Positions 19,940 through 29,332 of a stretch of 64,000 bases of DNA are shown here, piece by piece. Under the pieces are notes generated by a model. It saw only the letters and a program-made list of their open reading frames with translations, did no database searches and was not told the DNA's origin. The first letter of the stretch is position 1, and each line of letters starts with the position of its first letter. Where the stretch lies: contig OZ243961.1 of NCBI GenBank assembly GCA_965214605.1, positions 192,001 through 256,000 of the forward strand. The letters are read 5' to 3'. The stretch comes from an uncultured Candidatus Binatia bacterium. GTDB lineage: Bacteria; Desulfobacterota; Binatia; Bin18. The translations under genes and the position numbers were made by a program.

Positions 19940-21622
19940 CTAGAAGTTATGGGCCGGATGCGCTCCATATAGCCACTCGAAGCCCAGCCATACGCTGTGG
20001 GCGTTGGAGTCGAGATGCGAGGCATCATCAAAGTTGTACTGGAGGCGAAGGCGCGAGAACTCTGAGGGGCGCCACGAGAGAAGTGGGGAGAGGCGGTGGC
20101 GATCATTCCGAAAGGGGTCGTTCCGTCGGCCGCCAATGCTGGGACCGCTCCCGCCAGCGTAGTCATAGCGCAGGCCGGCCGCCCAACCGTAGCGAAAGCC
20201 GTACAACAGCTGGGTGTACAGACCCCAGTCTTTCAGGGTCCGACCATACAGAATTTCTTCGTCTTCTTCATGAGTGTAGCGGTCGGCGTGAAAATCGCGC
20301 CGCATGATCTCAGTCTGCCAGCTCAGGAAGGGCCAGCCCCGGAAGTTACCGTCGGGGTTCCATCGCCATTTCATATCCAGGCCGTAGATCCACGTATCGC
20401 CGTCGTCGCCGGTGGCGTTTGGCCCGTACAGCCCTGAGACGCCGAGCACTCCGGTGATGTTGTCGGTGAGATTGATTGAGTTGTTCCAGCGGGCCAGATA
20501 GACAAAGTCGCCAAACCCGTCAAAGACATTCCGGCCGGCTGGACGACAGCCGATCAGGGCGCACTCTAGGGCGTGGCCGTTCTCCGCAGTATGGCCGTGG
20601 TCTTCGTCGTGATCGCCCAGGTGGTCTTCGTCATGATCGTCTAGGTGGTCTTCGTCATGATCGTCTAGGTGGTCTTCGTCGTGATCGTCTAGGTGGTCCT
20701 CGTCATTACTGGCGACGTGATTCTCCTCGTGGCCGTGCCCTCCACCGGCGTGGCTGTGGCGTTCGCCTCGGAAGCTGACCATCTGGACCCCGTTGGCATT
20801 CTGCATGCCGAAGTGCAGCTCCGAGAACCACGGGGTCGGAGTGAGCCACGAGGTGCGGAAGCCGGTCTGGCGCATGCCGTCGCCGCCGAACAGACGCGAG
20901 TTTACGACCGGTTGGTCGATCCAGTCCCACTGGTGAGGGTGCTGGGTGTTGATCTGACCGAATTCGGTAAAAAAGTGACCAACTTCCAACTGAAGGTTAT
21001 AGGGCAGGGCGGTGCTTGTCAGAAAGGCTTCTTCCAGCTCAACAATGGTTTCGCCTTCGACCGGGTCAATGGCGCTGATCAGATACATCTCTCCCCGAAA
21101 ATAGGGGTCAACCGCGGCGCTCAGAGACAACTCGGCCTGCCCCAGAGTGAAGCCGCGTCTGTTCGGTTCGTGCGCCCCGCCCTGGATGGTAGACAGAGCT
21201 TCGCCTTTTTCACTGGAGCCGCCAGCGTAAAATAAGACATCGGCCGCAATATCGATAAGACGCAGCTGCGCTCCGCCGCCCAGGGGGCGCGACCACAGAC
21301 CCTCCGGCCGTGCCCTGAGCGATGGCTGACGGCCTTCGGCCAGGCTCTGCCGAATGGCTTTGTCGAGCGGAGAGTCGAGCTGCTCGGTAAAAGCACCCGC
21401 TTCGGTCTGTTGTTGGATGCGTTCCTCATTGGTCGCGCCCTCTCGCTGCATTTTGAGAATCGTGTTTTGTAGATGTTGAACGGTTTCTTGTAGGCTCTGA
21501 ACTTGCTCCTTGAGGGCTTCCATCTCAGCGGCCCGCACACTCGTGGCAGCGAGTACACTTCCCCCCAAGACGGCGGCTCCACAAACAAGCCGGCACAGTA
21601 TGTTTGTATATATCATCCTCAT
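19940..21622 (-). CDS. Outer-membrane beta-barrel receptor with a His/Asp-rich insert (zinc-uptake type)
   Basis: Signal peptide, coiled coil, AVDPYF, HPHQWDW, PSEFSRLRLQY and terminal GAHPAHNF; precedes the metal ABC genes. Confidence 0.75.
   Translation of the reverse strand: MRMIYTNILCRLVCGAAVLGGSVLAATSVRAAEMEALKEQVQSLQETVQHLQNTILKMQREGATNEERIQQQTEAGAFTEQLDSPLDKAIRQSLAEGRQPSLRARPEGLWSRPLGGGAQLRLIDIAADVLFYAGGSSEKGEALSTIQGGAHEPNRRGFTLGQAELSLSAAVDPYFRGEMYLISAIDPVEGETIVELEEAFLTSTALPYNLQLEVGHFFTEFGQINTQHPHQWDWIDQPVVNSRLFGGDGMRQTGFRTSWLTPTPWFSELHFGMQNANGVQMVSFRGERHSHAGGGHGHEENHVASNDEDHLDDHDEDHLDDHDEDHLDDHDEDHLGDHDEDHGHTAENGHALECALIGCRPAGRNVFDGFGDFVYLARWNNSINLTDNITGVLGVSGLYGPNATGDDGDTWIYGLDMKWRWNPDGNFRGWPFLSWQTEIMRRDFHADRYTHEEDEEILYGRTLKDWGLYTQLLYGFRYGWAAGLRYDYAGGSGPSIGGRRNDPFRNDRHRLSPLLSWRPSEFSRLRLQYNFDDASHLDSNAHSVWLGFEWLYGAHPAHNF
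20597..20704 (-). repeat. 24-bp tandem repeat, about 4.5 copies, encoding (DEDHLDDH)n
   Basis: Units such as gtggtcttcgtcatgatcgtctag begin at 20597, 20621, 20645 and 20669, with a partial unit at 20693. Confidence 0.95.
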
Positions 21623-21802
21623 GATTTCCTGTTCCTGTCTCGTCTCTGTGACAGAGATATAGGTGAGGCGACGCAGAACAGCGGGAGTGGGTCAATATCA
21701 GCACCCTAGACCTGTTGCCCCGCTTTCAGTGAGAGGCGAGTATGGACGGCGACTCGCACTGAGCTGATCTTATCGCTTCACACGTGTGAGTTGGCCCGAT
21801 AT

Positions 21803-22150
21803 TCAGGCACGGTAGGCCCGCAACCGGAGTCTGGAAACGGATATGAATGACCGAACAACAGGGGGAGCACGTGGGCTGCCAGAGCACAAATAGTCGGCCG
21901 CAGCGTGTTGCTCGGCCCTAATGGATAGACACAGGGTGGTGTACAGATAAACGACCGCAGTTGGGATATGGACGAGAAGGGCAGGGTTCTGTCCTCCTGT
22001 GACGCACAGCACACAATCTTGCTGGGCGAGACTGCCTGCGGGCTCGCTGTGAATATGAGAAACTCTGGCGGAGGACACGCACAACAGAACGAGCAGACTC
22101 AGCAGGGCTAGGCTTTTCTGCCAGGATACTAGGTGCTGTTTTTGCCACAT
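21803..22150 (-). CDS. DUF2946/CruR-like leader protein (TM, HxH, CxxC, RAPP)
   Basis: MWQKQH...LALLSLLVLLC...SHIH...DCVLC...SPRAPP; first ORF of the operon, upstream of the OM receptor. Confidence 0.7.
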   Translation of the reverse strand: MWQKQHLVSWQKSLALLSLLVLLCVSSARVSHIHSEPAGSLAQQDCVLCVTGGQNPALLVHIPTAVVYLYTTLCLSIRAEQHAAADYLCSGSPRAPPVVRSFISVSRLRLRAYRA

Positions 22151-22158
22151 GGATACTA

Positions 22159-22191
22159 TTGCAATTCTATAGCAAGTACTTCCAGTGTCAA
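22159..22191 (-). promoter_or_regulatory. Sigma70 promoter overlapped by a Zur-like box
   Basis: Minus strand reads TTGACA-N16-TAGAAT; imperfect palindrome TTGCAA-N5-TAGCAA (22159-22175) covers the -10. Confidence 0.65.
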
Positions 22192-22303
22192 GAGGTTTGA
22201 AAGCAAAAGACGCCCGAATACAGGGGGAGCAAGGATGAAGTGTCCTCTTGCGAGTGCTGGGCAAGGTGTGACAGAACAGGCCCAGAGAAGAAAGGAGTGT
22301 GTG

Positions 22304-23377
22304 ATGCCGGACTCACAGTTTGACAAAGCAAAAGCTGAAGCTTTTTCCAAAAAGATGCTCAGTATCCTCAACGACGCCAGTGTGGCCCAGATGATGGTCA
22401 TCGGCCATCAGGTCGGCCTCTTTGACACGCTGGCCAGCCTAGCCCCATCCACGAGTGAACAAATCGCGAAGGCAAGTAACCTAAACGAGCGCTATGTGCG
22501 CGAGTGGCTCGGCGCCATGGTGACCGGCCGGATCGTGGACTATGATCCGGCTGACAAAACCTACCGGCTCCCGCCTGAGCATGCCGCCGCTATCACACGG
22601 GCAGCGGGACCAAGGAATCTGGCGGCGATGATGCAAATGATCCCGATGGTGGCCAGAGTTCAGCAAGGCATTATTGATAGTTTTCGCGCCGGGGGTGGCG
22701 TACCATATTCGGCCTACGGGGACTTTCATAAGCTGATGGCCGAGATGAGCGGAGCCGTGCATGATGTGTCACTTGTTGACATCACTCTGCCCCTCATTTC
22801 CCAGATAGTCGACCGTTTACGCACCGGCATCGACGTTCTCGACGTCGGCTGTGGCAGTGGTCACGCGGTGAATCTGATGGCCAAGGCGTTTCCACACAGC
22901 CGCTTTACTGGTTACGATTTCTCAGAAGAAGGTATCGTTGCGGGCCAGGCGGAAGCGCAAGAGTGGGGCCTCACCAACGTCAAGTTTGCCGTCCAAGACG
23001 CGACCGAACTAGGCGATGTCAACCTGTACGACTTCATTACCGCTTTCGATTCCATTCATGACCAGGCTCATCCTCGGGCCGTGCTCAAGGGGATTGCCGA
23101 AGCGCTGAGGCCTGACGGTACGTTTCTGATGGTGGATGTGAACAGCTCAAGCCATTTAGAGGAAAATCTCGACCACGTCTTGGGACCAATGATGTACACT
23201 GTCTCGTGTATGCATTGAATGTCTGTCTCATTGGCCCTCCGTGGTGAGGGTCTCGGGGCAATGTGGGGCAAACACAAGGCGTTGGAGCTGTTGAGCGAGG
23301 CTGGGTTTAGTCAGGTCACGATAAAAAACGTCAAGCAGGATATGCTGAATAACTACTACGTCTGTACCATGGGCTAG
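22304..23377 (+). CDS. wHTH + class I SAM methyltransferase with an in-frame TGA at 23216-23218 (selenocysteine candidate, otherwise a pseudogene)
   Basis: [22 protein letters not shown]; the frame continues past TGA as [21 protein letters not shown]...EAGF to TAG at 23377. Confidence 0.8.
23224..23260 (+). other. Candidate bacterial SECIS hairpin
   Basis: UGUCUC/GGGGCA lower stem, GGCCCUC/GAGGGUC upper stem, loop CGUGGU beginning 21 nt after the UGA. Confidence 0.5.
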
Positions 23378-23388
23378 AAGACAGGGCG

Positions 23389-24096
23389 TCACCGGTGAAC
23401 AGGTGGGTACTCGTCGCGCAAGATCGCGAGGTCATGCACCACCTGTTCAATCAAATCTGCCTCATCGCCCCGGTAGTAGACACGGATACGAAACTCCGGG
23501 TCAACGAGCACAAAACGGTCGCTGTGGACGATTTGTTCGAGCCTCTTAGCCGGTCCGTGGCCCGTATGAGACCCTTCTGGCCGCGCATTCATCATCGCTA
23601 GCTGAAAGCCGTCTCTGACCAAAGGCTGAACGACGTTCAGCTCACCGGTCAGAAAAACCCAGCGCTTGGAATCAGCGCCATACCTGTTGGCATAGTCCTT
23701 GAGTCGCTGCGGCGTGTCCCATTCCGGATCAACACTGAAAGAGACTAGCCGAACCGAGGGCTGGTCGGTCTCTTCAAGCCTGGTTTGTAGCTTTGCCATC
23801 TGGACCGACAGCAGAGGGCACACGCCGGGGCAGCGGGTAAACACAAAATTTGCCACCCATATACGGCCGGACAAAGACTGGCGACCGAAAGGCTGACCAC
23901 TATGAGCAAATAGGCGAAAGTCCGGGACAGTCCGGTGGACCGGTAAACGGTCCGGTGAGCTCGACAGCGATGGTGTTTCGAAGGTCTGCCATACCAAGAC
24001 GCCGCTCATCCCCAGCAGCACGACAAACAAGAGCCGCCACACGATTCTGAGGAGTGGCAGTGGAGTGAAGGAGACACTATTGCTTGGTGCATTCAT
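23389..24096 (-). CDS. SCO family copper chaperone
   Basis: N-terminal TM, FTRCPGVCP (CxxxC), SVDPEWD, HSDRFVLVD. Confidence 0.9.
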   Translation of the reverse strand: MNAPSNSVSFTPLPLLRIVWRLLFVVLLGMSGVLVWQTFETPSLSSSPDRLPVHRTVPDFRLFAHSGQPFGRQSLSGRIWVANFVFTRCPGVCPLLSVQMAKLQTRLEETDQPSVRLVSFSVDPEWDTPQRLKDYANRYGADSKRWVFLTGELNVVQPLVRDGFQLAMMNARPEGSHTGHGPAKRLEQIVHSDRFVLVDPEFRIRVYYRGDEADLIEQVVHDLAILRDEYPPVHR

Positions 24097-24102
24097 AGCG
24101 GA

Positions 24103-25476
24103 CTACGCGCTCTTCTCGGTAAAGGGATACGGAAGCAGATGGTCTTCTGCCCGCAAGGCGTCGATTGAAGCACACCCCAGGAGCCGCATAGTATCCTCGA
24201 TTTCTTTCTTCAGGATGACAAACGCTTTGCGAACCCCTGCTTCGCCACCAGCTCCAAGACCATAAATATACGCCCGTCCAGCCAGCACGGCATCGGCTCC
24301 ATGCGCCAAGGCAATGACAACATCTCCGCCTGACCGGATGCCGCCATCCAACAAGATCTTCATCGCAGAGCCTTTCAATTTGGCCGCAATATCTTTCAGC
24401 ATGTACAAGGTCGGGTATACTCGGTCCATTTGGCGTCCGCCATGGTTGGATACGACAATAGCATCCACTCCATGATCGACCGCAAGCTGAGCATCTTCGA
24501 CACACTGGACCCCCTTGATAATAATCGGCTTATCCTCTCCCCAGATTTGTCGAATCCAGGGCAGGTGCTCCCAGGTGACAACGGAAGCGCGCAGTTGAGT
24601 CCCAATATCAGCGTACGGCATTGGCTGCCCATCGTTCTGGATAACGTTTCGGAACCGCATCAGCCCGTTGTCCGCATACAAGCTCTTGAGCCAGGAGAGA
24701 TGCCGTATCATCTGTGGTCCAAATTGCAATTTCTGGAATGGAGTGCCATTGATCGCCTGTGGGGCCCCCATCCATTCGTGGCGGGCGCGATTGCCAGGCA
24801 CAGCCGTATCAATAGTGAGCACCAGAGCGGAGTAGCCCGCTTTTTTTGCCCTCTCAATACCCCTGGCCGCTATCTCTTTTCCACCAACTAGATACAGCTG
24901 ATACCAACACGGTCCTTTTGAGGCCGCCCTGACTTCTTCCAGATCAGTGCCTGTCAGCGTTGAGAGCGCGCATATCGTTCCTGCTTCCCCGACAGCCTTG
25001 GCCGCGACAGCCTCTCCACGAGGCCAGAGCATCCTGAGACTTCCTATCGGTCCGGCGATAACGGGCAAGTCAATAGTCTGCCCCAGAATTTCAGTCCGCA
25101 TCTCTACCGATCCAAGCTGTACTCCCGATCTTGGCTTAAAACGTTCTCTTTGAAAGGCTGCTATATTATCCCTGAGAGTGATCTCATTATCGGCTCCGCC
25201 GCGATAATACTCTCTCACAATTGGCGGTACCCGCTTCTCCATCACCTGACGAAGGTGATCTATGGTGACACACTTTTCAACTGCTTTAGCCCATCGCTCG
25301 ACACTCCTGACATGGGCGCGCCGGAGGTATAGCTGAAGCAAGTTCAGTCGTCCCCTTCGTCCGCTTGGTCGAAGATCGTCAGCCTCTTCAACAAGACCTA
25401 CGGTTTCATCCATGCTCTGTCTTGAAGACGAAAGCGTCGGGCTTTGATCAAGGGGAGATGGATGAAGATCACCCAT
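24103..25476 (-). CDS. FMN-dependent alpha-hydroxy-acid oxidase/dehydrogenase (LldD-like)
   Basis: WYQLY, IIKG, SNHGGRQ, DGGIRSG.D, GRAYIYGL; ATG at 25476 after GGAGG. Confidence 0.9.
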   Translation of the reverse strand: MGDLHPSPLDQSPTLSSSRQSMDETVGLVEEADDLRPSGRRGRLNLLQLYLRRAHVRSVERWAKAVEKCVTIDHLRQVMEKRVPPIVREYYRGGADNEITLRDNIAAFQRERFKPRSGVQLGSVEMRTEILGQTIDLPVIAGPIGSLRMLWPRGEAVAAKAVGEAGTICALSTLTGTDLEEVRAASKGPCWYQLYLVGGKEIAARGIERAKKAGYSALVLTIDTAVPGNRARHEWMGAPQAINGTPFQKLQFGPQMIRHLSWLKSLYADNGLMRFRNVIQNDGQPMPYADIGTQLRASVVTWEHLPWIRQIWGEDKPIIIKGVQCVEDAQLAVDHGVDAIVVSNHGGRQMDRVYPTLYMLKDIAAKLKGSAMKILLDGGIRSGGDVVIALAHGADAVLAGRAYIYGLGAGGEAGVRKAFVILKKEIEDTMRLLGCASIDALRAEDHLLPYPFTEKSA

Positions 25477-25804
25477 ACGACGGTCCTCCGTAGTGCTCGG
25501 ACCTAAAGACTGCAGTATGCACGAAGCGATCGGACAATATTTCTTATTGACACGTATTGATAAATGAATTGCCAACGTTTGAAACGTATCTTAGAGGATA
25601 TATGCACCGTTTCGTGATGAGTCCTTCAATATCTCATCTCCAGGTCCACAGGCAAGGGTATGGCGGCAGGGCACGGGAAAAGCTGGCAAGACAAAACAGC
25701 TGTGCTAAGAGAGTCTGTTCCAAGCCGATATCCAGTGGGTCCCGGTATATGCCTTCGCGTGGAAGCGAGCGGGAAGGCGATATTTTTATGAACCTACGGG
25801 GCCG

Positions 25805-26042
25805 ATGCAGAGCCTGAGGCCGGCTGTGTTGGTCAACGACTGTGGGGCGATCACTATTGATGCTGAGCTGTGAGACGGGCAGGAATATCCCGTTCGGGCT
25901 TTTCCCGACAGGGGTGTCTCCTGTATCCATCGGCCCGATCTGTCGCTTGCTCTCCAAGAGGTATTGGCAGATCAGCCTCAGGTTATGTACCCAGATCAAA
26001 ATGTTGTCTCGCCTGCTGAGCCGTTGGTTCTCAAAACCTAGG
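25805..26042 (+). pseudogene. Relic of a COG0523/CobW GTPase metallochaperone
   Basis: AVLVNDCGAITIDAEL* followed by GVSCIHRPDL resembles AVxVNDFGxINIDAEL...GCICC..RxDL; internal stop present. Confidence 0.55.
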
Positions 26043-26335
26043 GTCACCGTACCAAAGACAATCTGACGGACCGAAGAGTTTGTCCGTTTCACTAATCCAA
26101 CAAAGGCTGTTTTCCTACGACGGAGCAGAGACTAGAGGAAGTCCGCCTCTCGCCCTAATCACCAGCTCGTGTTCATACTAGGAACAGCTTCACGCCCGAG
26201 GACCCCGCAGGCCGAGTGTTGTTCTCTCCTATCGCACGTCAATTAAGATAGTCCTGATCTTAACACCGTTCTAATTGCAAAATGGAACAGCTCTTTATAC
26301 AATGAAAAAATCAGGGACAGGCAAGGAGCAGGTCG

Positions 26336-26785
26336 ATGAAGCCATCTCAGCCCTCTCATTCTTCGATGAGCGAAATACGGGCCAGTATCCGCGCCGCCGG
26401 ACTGCGCGGCACAATGTCTCGGATTGCGGTGTTGAGCTATCTACAGTCGGTGACAACCCCGCTTAGCCATGCTGAAATCTTTAACGCGCTGGAGGAGCAA
26501 GGATTTGATCGGGCCACGATCTATCGTAACCTAGTTGATCTCACCGAGGTCGGCCTTCTGGTGCGGACGGATGTTGGGGACCATGTGTGGCGTTTTGAGC
26601 TGCGTCGGAGTGGTCCAGATGGACGGCAAGCTGAGCACCCGCATTTCATGTGCACGGATTGTGGCGAAGTCTCCTGTCTTCCTGCAGTGAGCGTCAATAT
26701 AGACCCGCCAACAGCGGTGCCGCGTTCGGTGCGTGTTCAACAAGTCGATGTGCAGCTCAAGGGCTTGTGCGATCGCTGTACATAG
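26336..26785 (+). CDS. Fur-family transcriptional regulator (Zur-like)
   Basis: GLRGT..RIAVL, DRATIYRNL, HPHFMCTDCG, GLCDRC. Confidence 0.9.
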   Translation: MKPSQPSHSSMSEIRASIRAAGLRGTMSRIAVLSYLQSVTTPLSHAEIFNALEEQGFDRATIYRNLVDLTEVGLLVRTDVGDHVWRFELRRSGPDGRQAEHPHFMCTDCGEVSCLPAVSVNIDPPTAVPRSVRVQQVDVQLKGLCDRCT

Positions 26786-27285
26786 GACATTGGAGGTCTA
26801 TCCATCCCGGGCGCCTCTAGGATTCTTCTGCCTCTGGGGCGGCGATAAGCACCATATCGCCCTCGCTAGCCAAACAGAGGAGGGGATGCTTAGATCAACG
26901 CTCTGGAGTCGGTAACCAAAAGAACACCTGTAAAAAGATGTTTTCATATGATGCTTCCCTACGCCCTTACACAAGCCGTTGAGCAGCGAGGCCTGCCCCT
27001 ATGATAGTGCAGACGACAGGTCCTCTTTCTTTTGATGAGGGAATGGCCGGGACCCTACGGTTCCTTATGCCGGCGCAAGCTGCGATCAATAACTGGATGG
27101 CCGTAGGTGCGGCACGCGCCACCTCTAATTCCGCAATTCACGAGGAAACCCACAGCCATCACTGGACTTGATTCGTTCATCAGAGCGGGCGTAATGGGGC
27201 CTTCCTCCGAAAAGGACATATCTGTCCTGTCAGCTCCTTCCGTTAAGGGAGCCCCGGATCTGGGATATGTTGGAGGCCGTCCCTG

Positions 27286-27468
27286 TTTCGTTCCTATCAG
27301 CTGGACGAGTTCCTGATTCTGTTGCCCGACCTCCGTGGGTGGCTCCCGCCGGGGCCTCTGGCCCATCACGTCAGCGACTTGGTCGGACGCGTTGGTTCCA
27401 AACGCATTCTGCGCACTGTACGAGAGGGAGGGGCGGCTTATGAGCCGCCGTTGATGGTGAAGAGTCTG
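27286..27468 (+). mobile_element. IS1182-family transposase N-terminal remnant
   Basis: FRSYQLDE..LLPDLRGWLPPGPLAHHVSDLV...YEPPLMVK with frameshifts. Confidence 0.65.
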
Positions 27469-27598
27469 ACACCGCTGGGCTCGCGTGGTGAGAGGCTGGC
27501 TCAGGTGGTCCGAGAGAGCCAGTAAGATATGTCGGGCTACCATGGGGTGTTTCGGAGGTCATCTTGTATGGACAGAGGATCCCAGCTCGGTCGTACCA

Positions 27599-27920
27599 CT
27601 AAATTATACGGAGCTGTCCAACGTGTATTTGAAACAACGCTCCTGAGGGCCGATTGCAGTAGACGCCGCTAAAGGCAACTGCAGGGGCATTGTTATCGTG
27701 GCGGGTGAAGAGGCATTGGGTCTGGCCCTTAAGCTTGTGGATCTCTAGCGGATGTCGCAGCTCCATGCCAGTATCTATGAACTCGTTGCCACCAACAGGC
27801 CAAAGGAGGAGGTGGGGGGTTCCCACCCACTCCGGGAAAACTCCATCGCGGTGGGAGGGTAATAGAGAGGGAGAAAGAGGCGGCGTGGATACCACTACCA
27901 ATAATCAGCCACTGAAGCAT
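27599..27920 (-). pseudogene. FAD/NAD(P)-binding oxidoreductase N-terminal remnant
   Basis: MLQWLIIGSGIH Rossmann start, then TGMELRHP...RPSGALF in another frame. Confidence 0.5.
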
Positions 27921-28396
27921 GGGTGCCTTTCGTCTGAGAAAGAGACCGACTGATCTACATGCGTCCGCTCAGCACGCGTATTCATCGTGGAGACAAATCG
28001 TCAAGAAAGCCGCAGACTCCCAAACAAAGCTGGTCGCGGGAAGAGAGTGTGTCGGTGTCAATAAGACGTTGAATTGATAGAGATGGGTGACGGAGTGTAT
28101 TTGTAGCCCAGTGCACCACTAGGCTATGTTTCGGCGGAGCAAATATACGGACACTCTATGTCATCTTGTCTGCAACAGGTCGCCTTGTGGTGTTTGAGTG
28201 GTCGGACCTTGGCACGAGCCACCCGCTGTCCAACGCTCTACACATAGCGAGTAGGGCTCCAGACCTTTGTAAAAAGAGATAGACACGCAGGCCGGGTGAG
28301 CAGGGTGGAATCCGGTATCCGGCAGGGGAGCTATCTTTAGTTGGAATCCTCGTGTATGATAGGGGTCTCCACAGCTGGGTAAGGAGTACGAAATCG

Positions 28397-28711
28397 ATGG
28401 CAAGCCGCATCCGAAAAAACGATACCGTTCAGGTCATGACCGGCAAGGATAAAGGCAAGATGGGCGAGATTCTCCAGGTTTTTCCGGAACAAGGCCGGGT
28501 CACGGTCCGCGGCCTCAATATGGTCAAACGCCACGTCAAACCGAACCAGCAACAGCAGCAGGGCGGTATTGTTGAGAAAGAGGCGCCCCTCCACATCTCC
28601 AATGTCATGCCGCTTGACCCTGACGACGGCCGCCCGACCCGGGTCGGGTTCAGGATTATTGAGGGGAAAAAGGTTCGCGTCGGTAAGCGAACGGGCAAGG
28701 TGCTCGACTGA
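28397..28711 (+). CDS. rplX: 50S ribosomal protein L24, orphan Cys-free copy
   Basis: IRKNDTVQVMTGKDKGK (KOW), GGIVEKEAPLHISNV, PTRVG; not flanked by rplN or rplE. Confidence 0.95.
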   Translation: MASRIRKNDTVQVMTGKDKGKMGEILQVFPEQGRVTVRGLNMVKRHVKPNQQQQQGGIVEKEAPLHISNVMPLDPDDGRPTRVGFRIIEGKKVRVGKRTGKVLD

Positions 28712-28733
28712 CCGGGCCGTCCATCGACACCAG

Positions 28734-28766
28734 AAAAAAAGCCGACGGAGTGCGTCGACTTCTTTT
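28734..28766 (-). terminator. Intrinsic terminator after rpmG, possibly bidirectional
   Basis: Minus strand AGUCGACG-loop-CGUCGGCU followed by a U-run. Confidence 0.6.
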
Positions 28767-28782
28767 GCGGGCTCGCCCGCTG

Positions 28783-28938
28783 CTATTTCAGGCGGGTCTC
28801 TTTATAAATGACGTGTTTACGAGCCACTGGATCGTATTTTTTGAGCTCGAGTTTATCCGTCATGGTCTTTTTATTTTTGGTCGCAATGTAAAAGTGACCG
28901 GTTCCGGCCGACGATTCCAGTTTGATTTTTTCGCGCAT
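28783..28938 (-). CDS. rpmG: 50S ribosomal protein L33, zinc-free (C-) form; below the ORF-track size cutoff
   Basis: Manual translation [51 protein letters not shown]; AGGAGG RBS. Confidence 0.95.
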   Translation of the reverse strand: MREKIKLESSAGTGHFYIATKNKKTMTDKLELKKYDPVARKHVIYKETRLK

Positions 28939-28965
28939 GGTTTATCCTCCTTTTGCAAGGCCCGT

Positions 28966-29202
28966 CTACACTTTGACACCGCGCTGACGCATATCTTTTA
29001 AGACTCGTTCGATACCCAGCTTATCAATCGTCCGAATCCCACGTGCGCTTAAACGTAAGCGTATCCAGCGTTTCTCGCTCGCAAGCCAAAACTTGTGGGT
29101 CTGCATGTTTGGAAGAAAACGCCGTCTTGTTTTGTTGTGGGCGTGGGATACATTATTCCCGGTGCGTGGGCGTTTGCCAGTGACCGGACACAATCTCGAC
29201 AT
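28966..29202 (-). CDS. rpmB: 50S ribosomal protein L28, long form without CxxC
   Basis: [31 protein letters not shown]; upstream of rpmG. Confidence 0.95.
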   Translation of the reverse strand: MSRLCPVTGKRPRTGNNVSHAHNKTRRRFLPNMQTHKFWLASEKRWIRLRLSARGIRTIDKLGIERVLKDMRQRGVKV

Positions 29203-29332
29203 GAAAAAGTCTCCTCAGTATTGTCTTACTAGCCGGATGGGGAGCGGCCCTTATAGCATAGCCGATTCCAGAGGGCTACGGTGCGCGTCTTTTTGACGGG
29301 TAAACCGGTGCTGCCCGTCGGGTGAGAGGGTG

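Noticed and set aside
20597-20704. 24-bp repeats as a CRISPR array
   Set aside because: Units are directly tandem with no spacers, are in frame within a CDS, and no cas genes are present.
25871-25873. In-frame TGA in the COG0523-like relic as a second selenocysteine codon
   Set aside because: It does not fall at a Cys position, and the surrounding sequence is degenerate and truncated.
26275-26300. Autoregulatory Zur box upstream of the Fur-family gene
   Set aside because: Only one TTGCAA half-site is present. No convincing box was found upstream of rplX or rpmB either.
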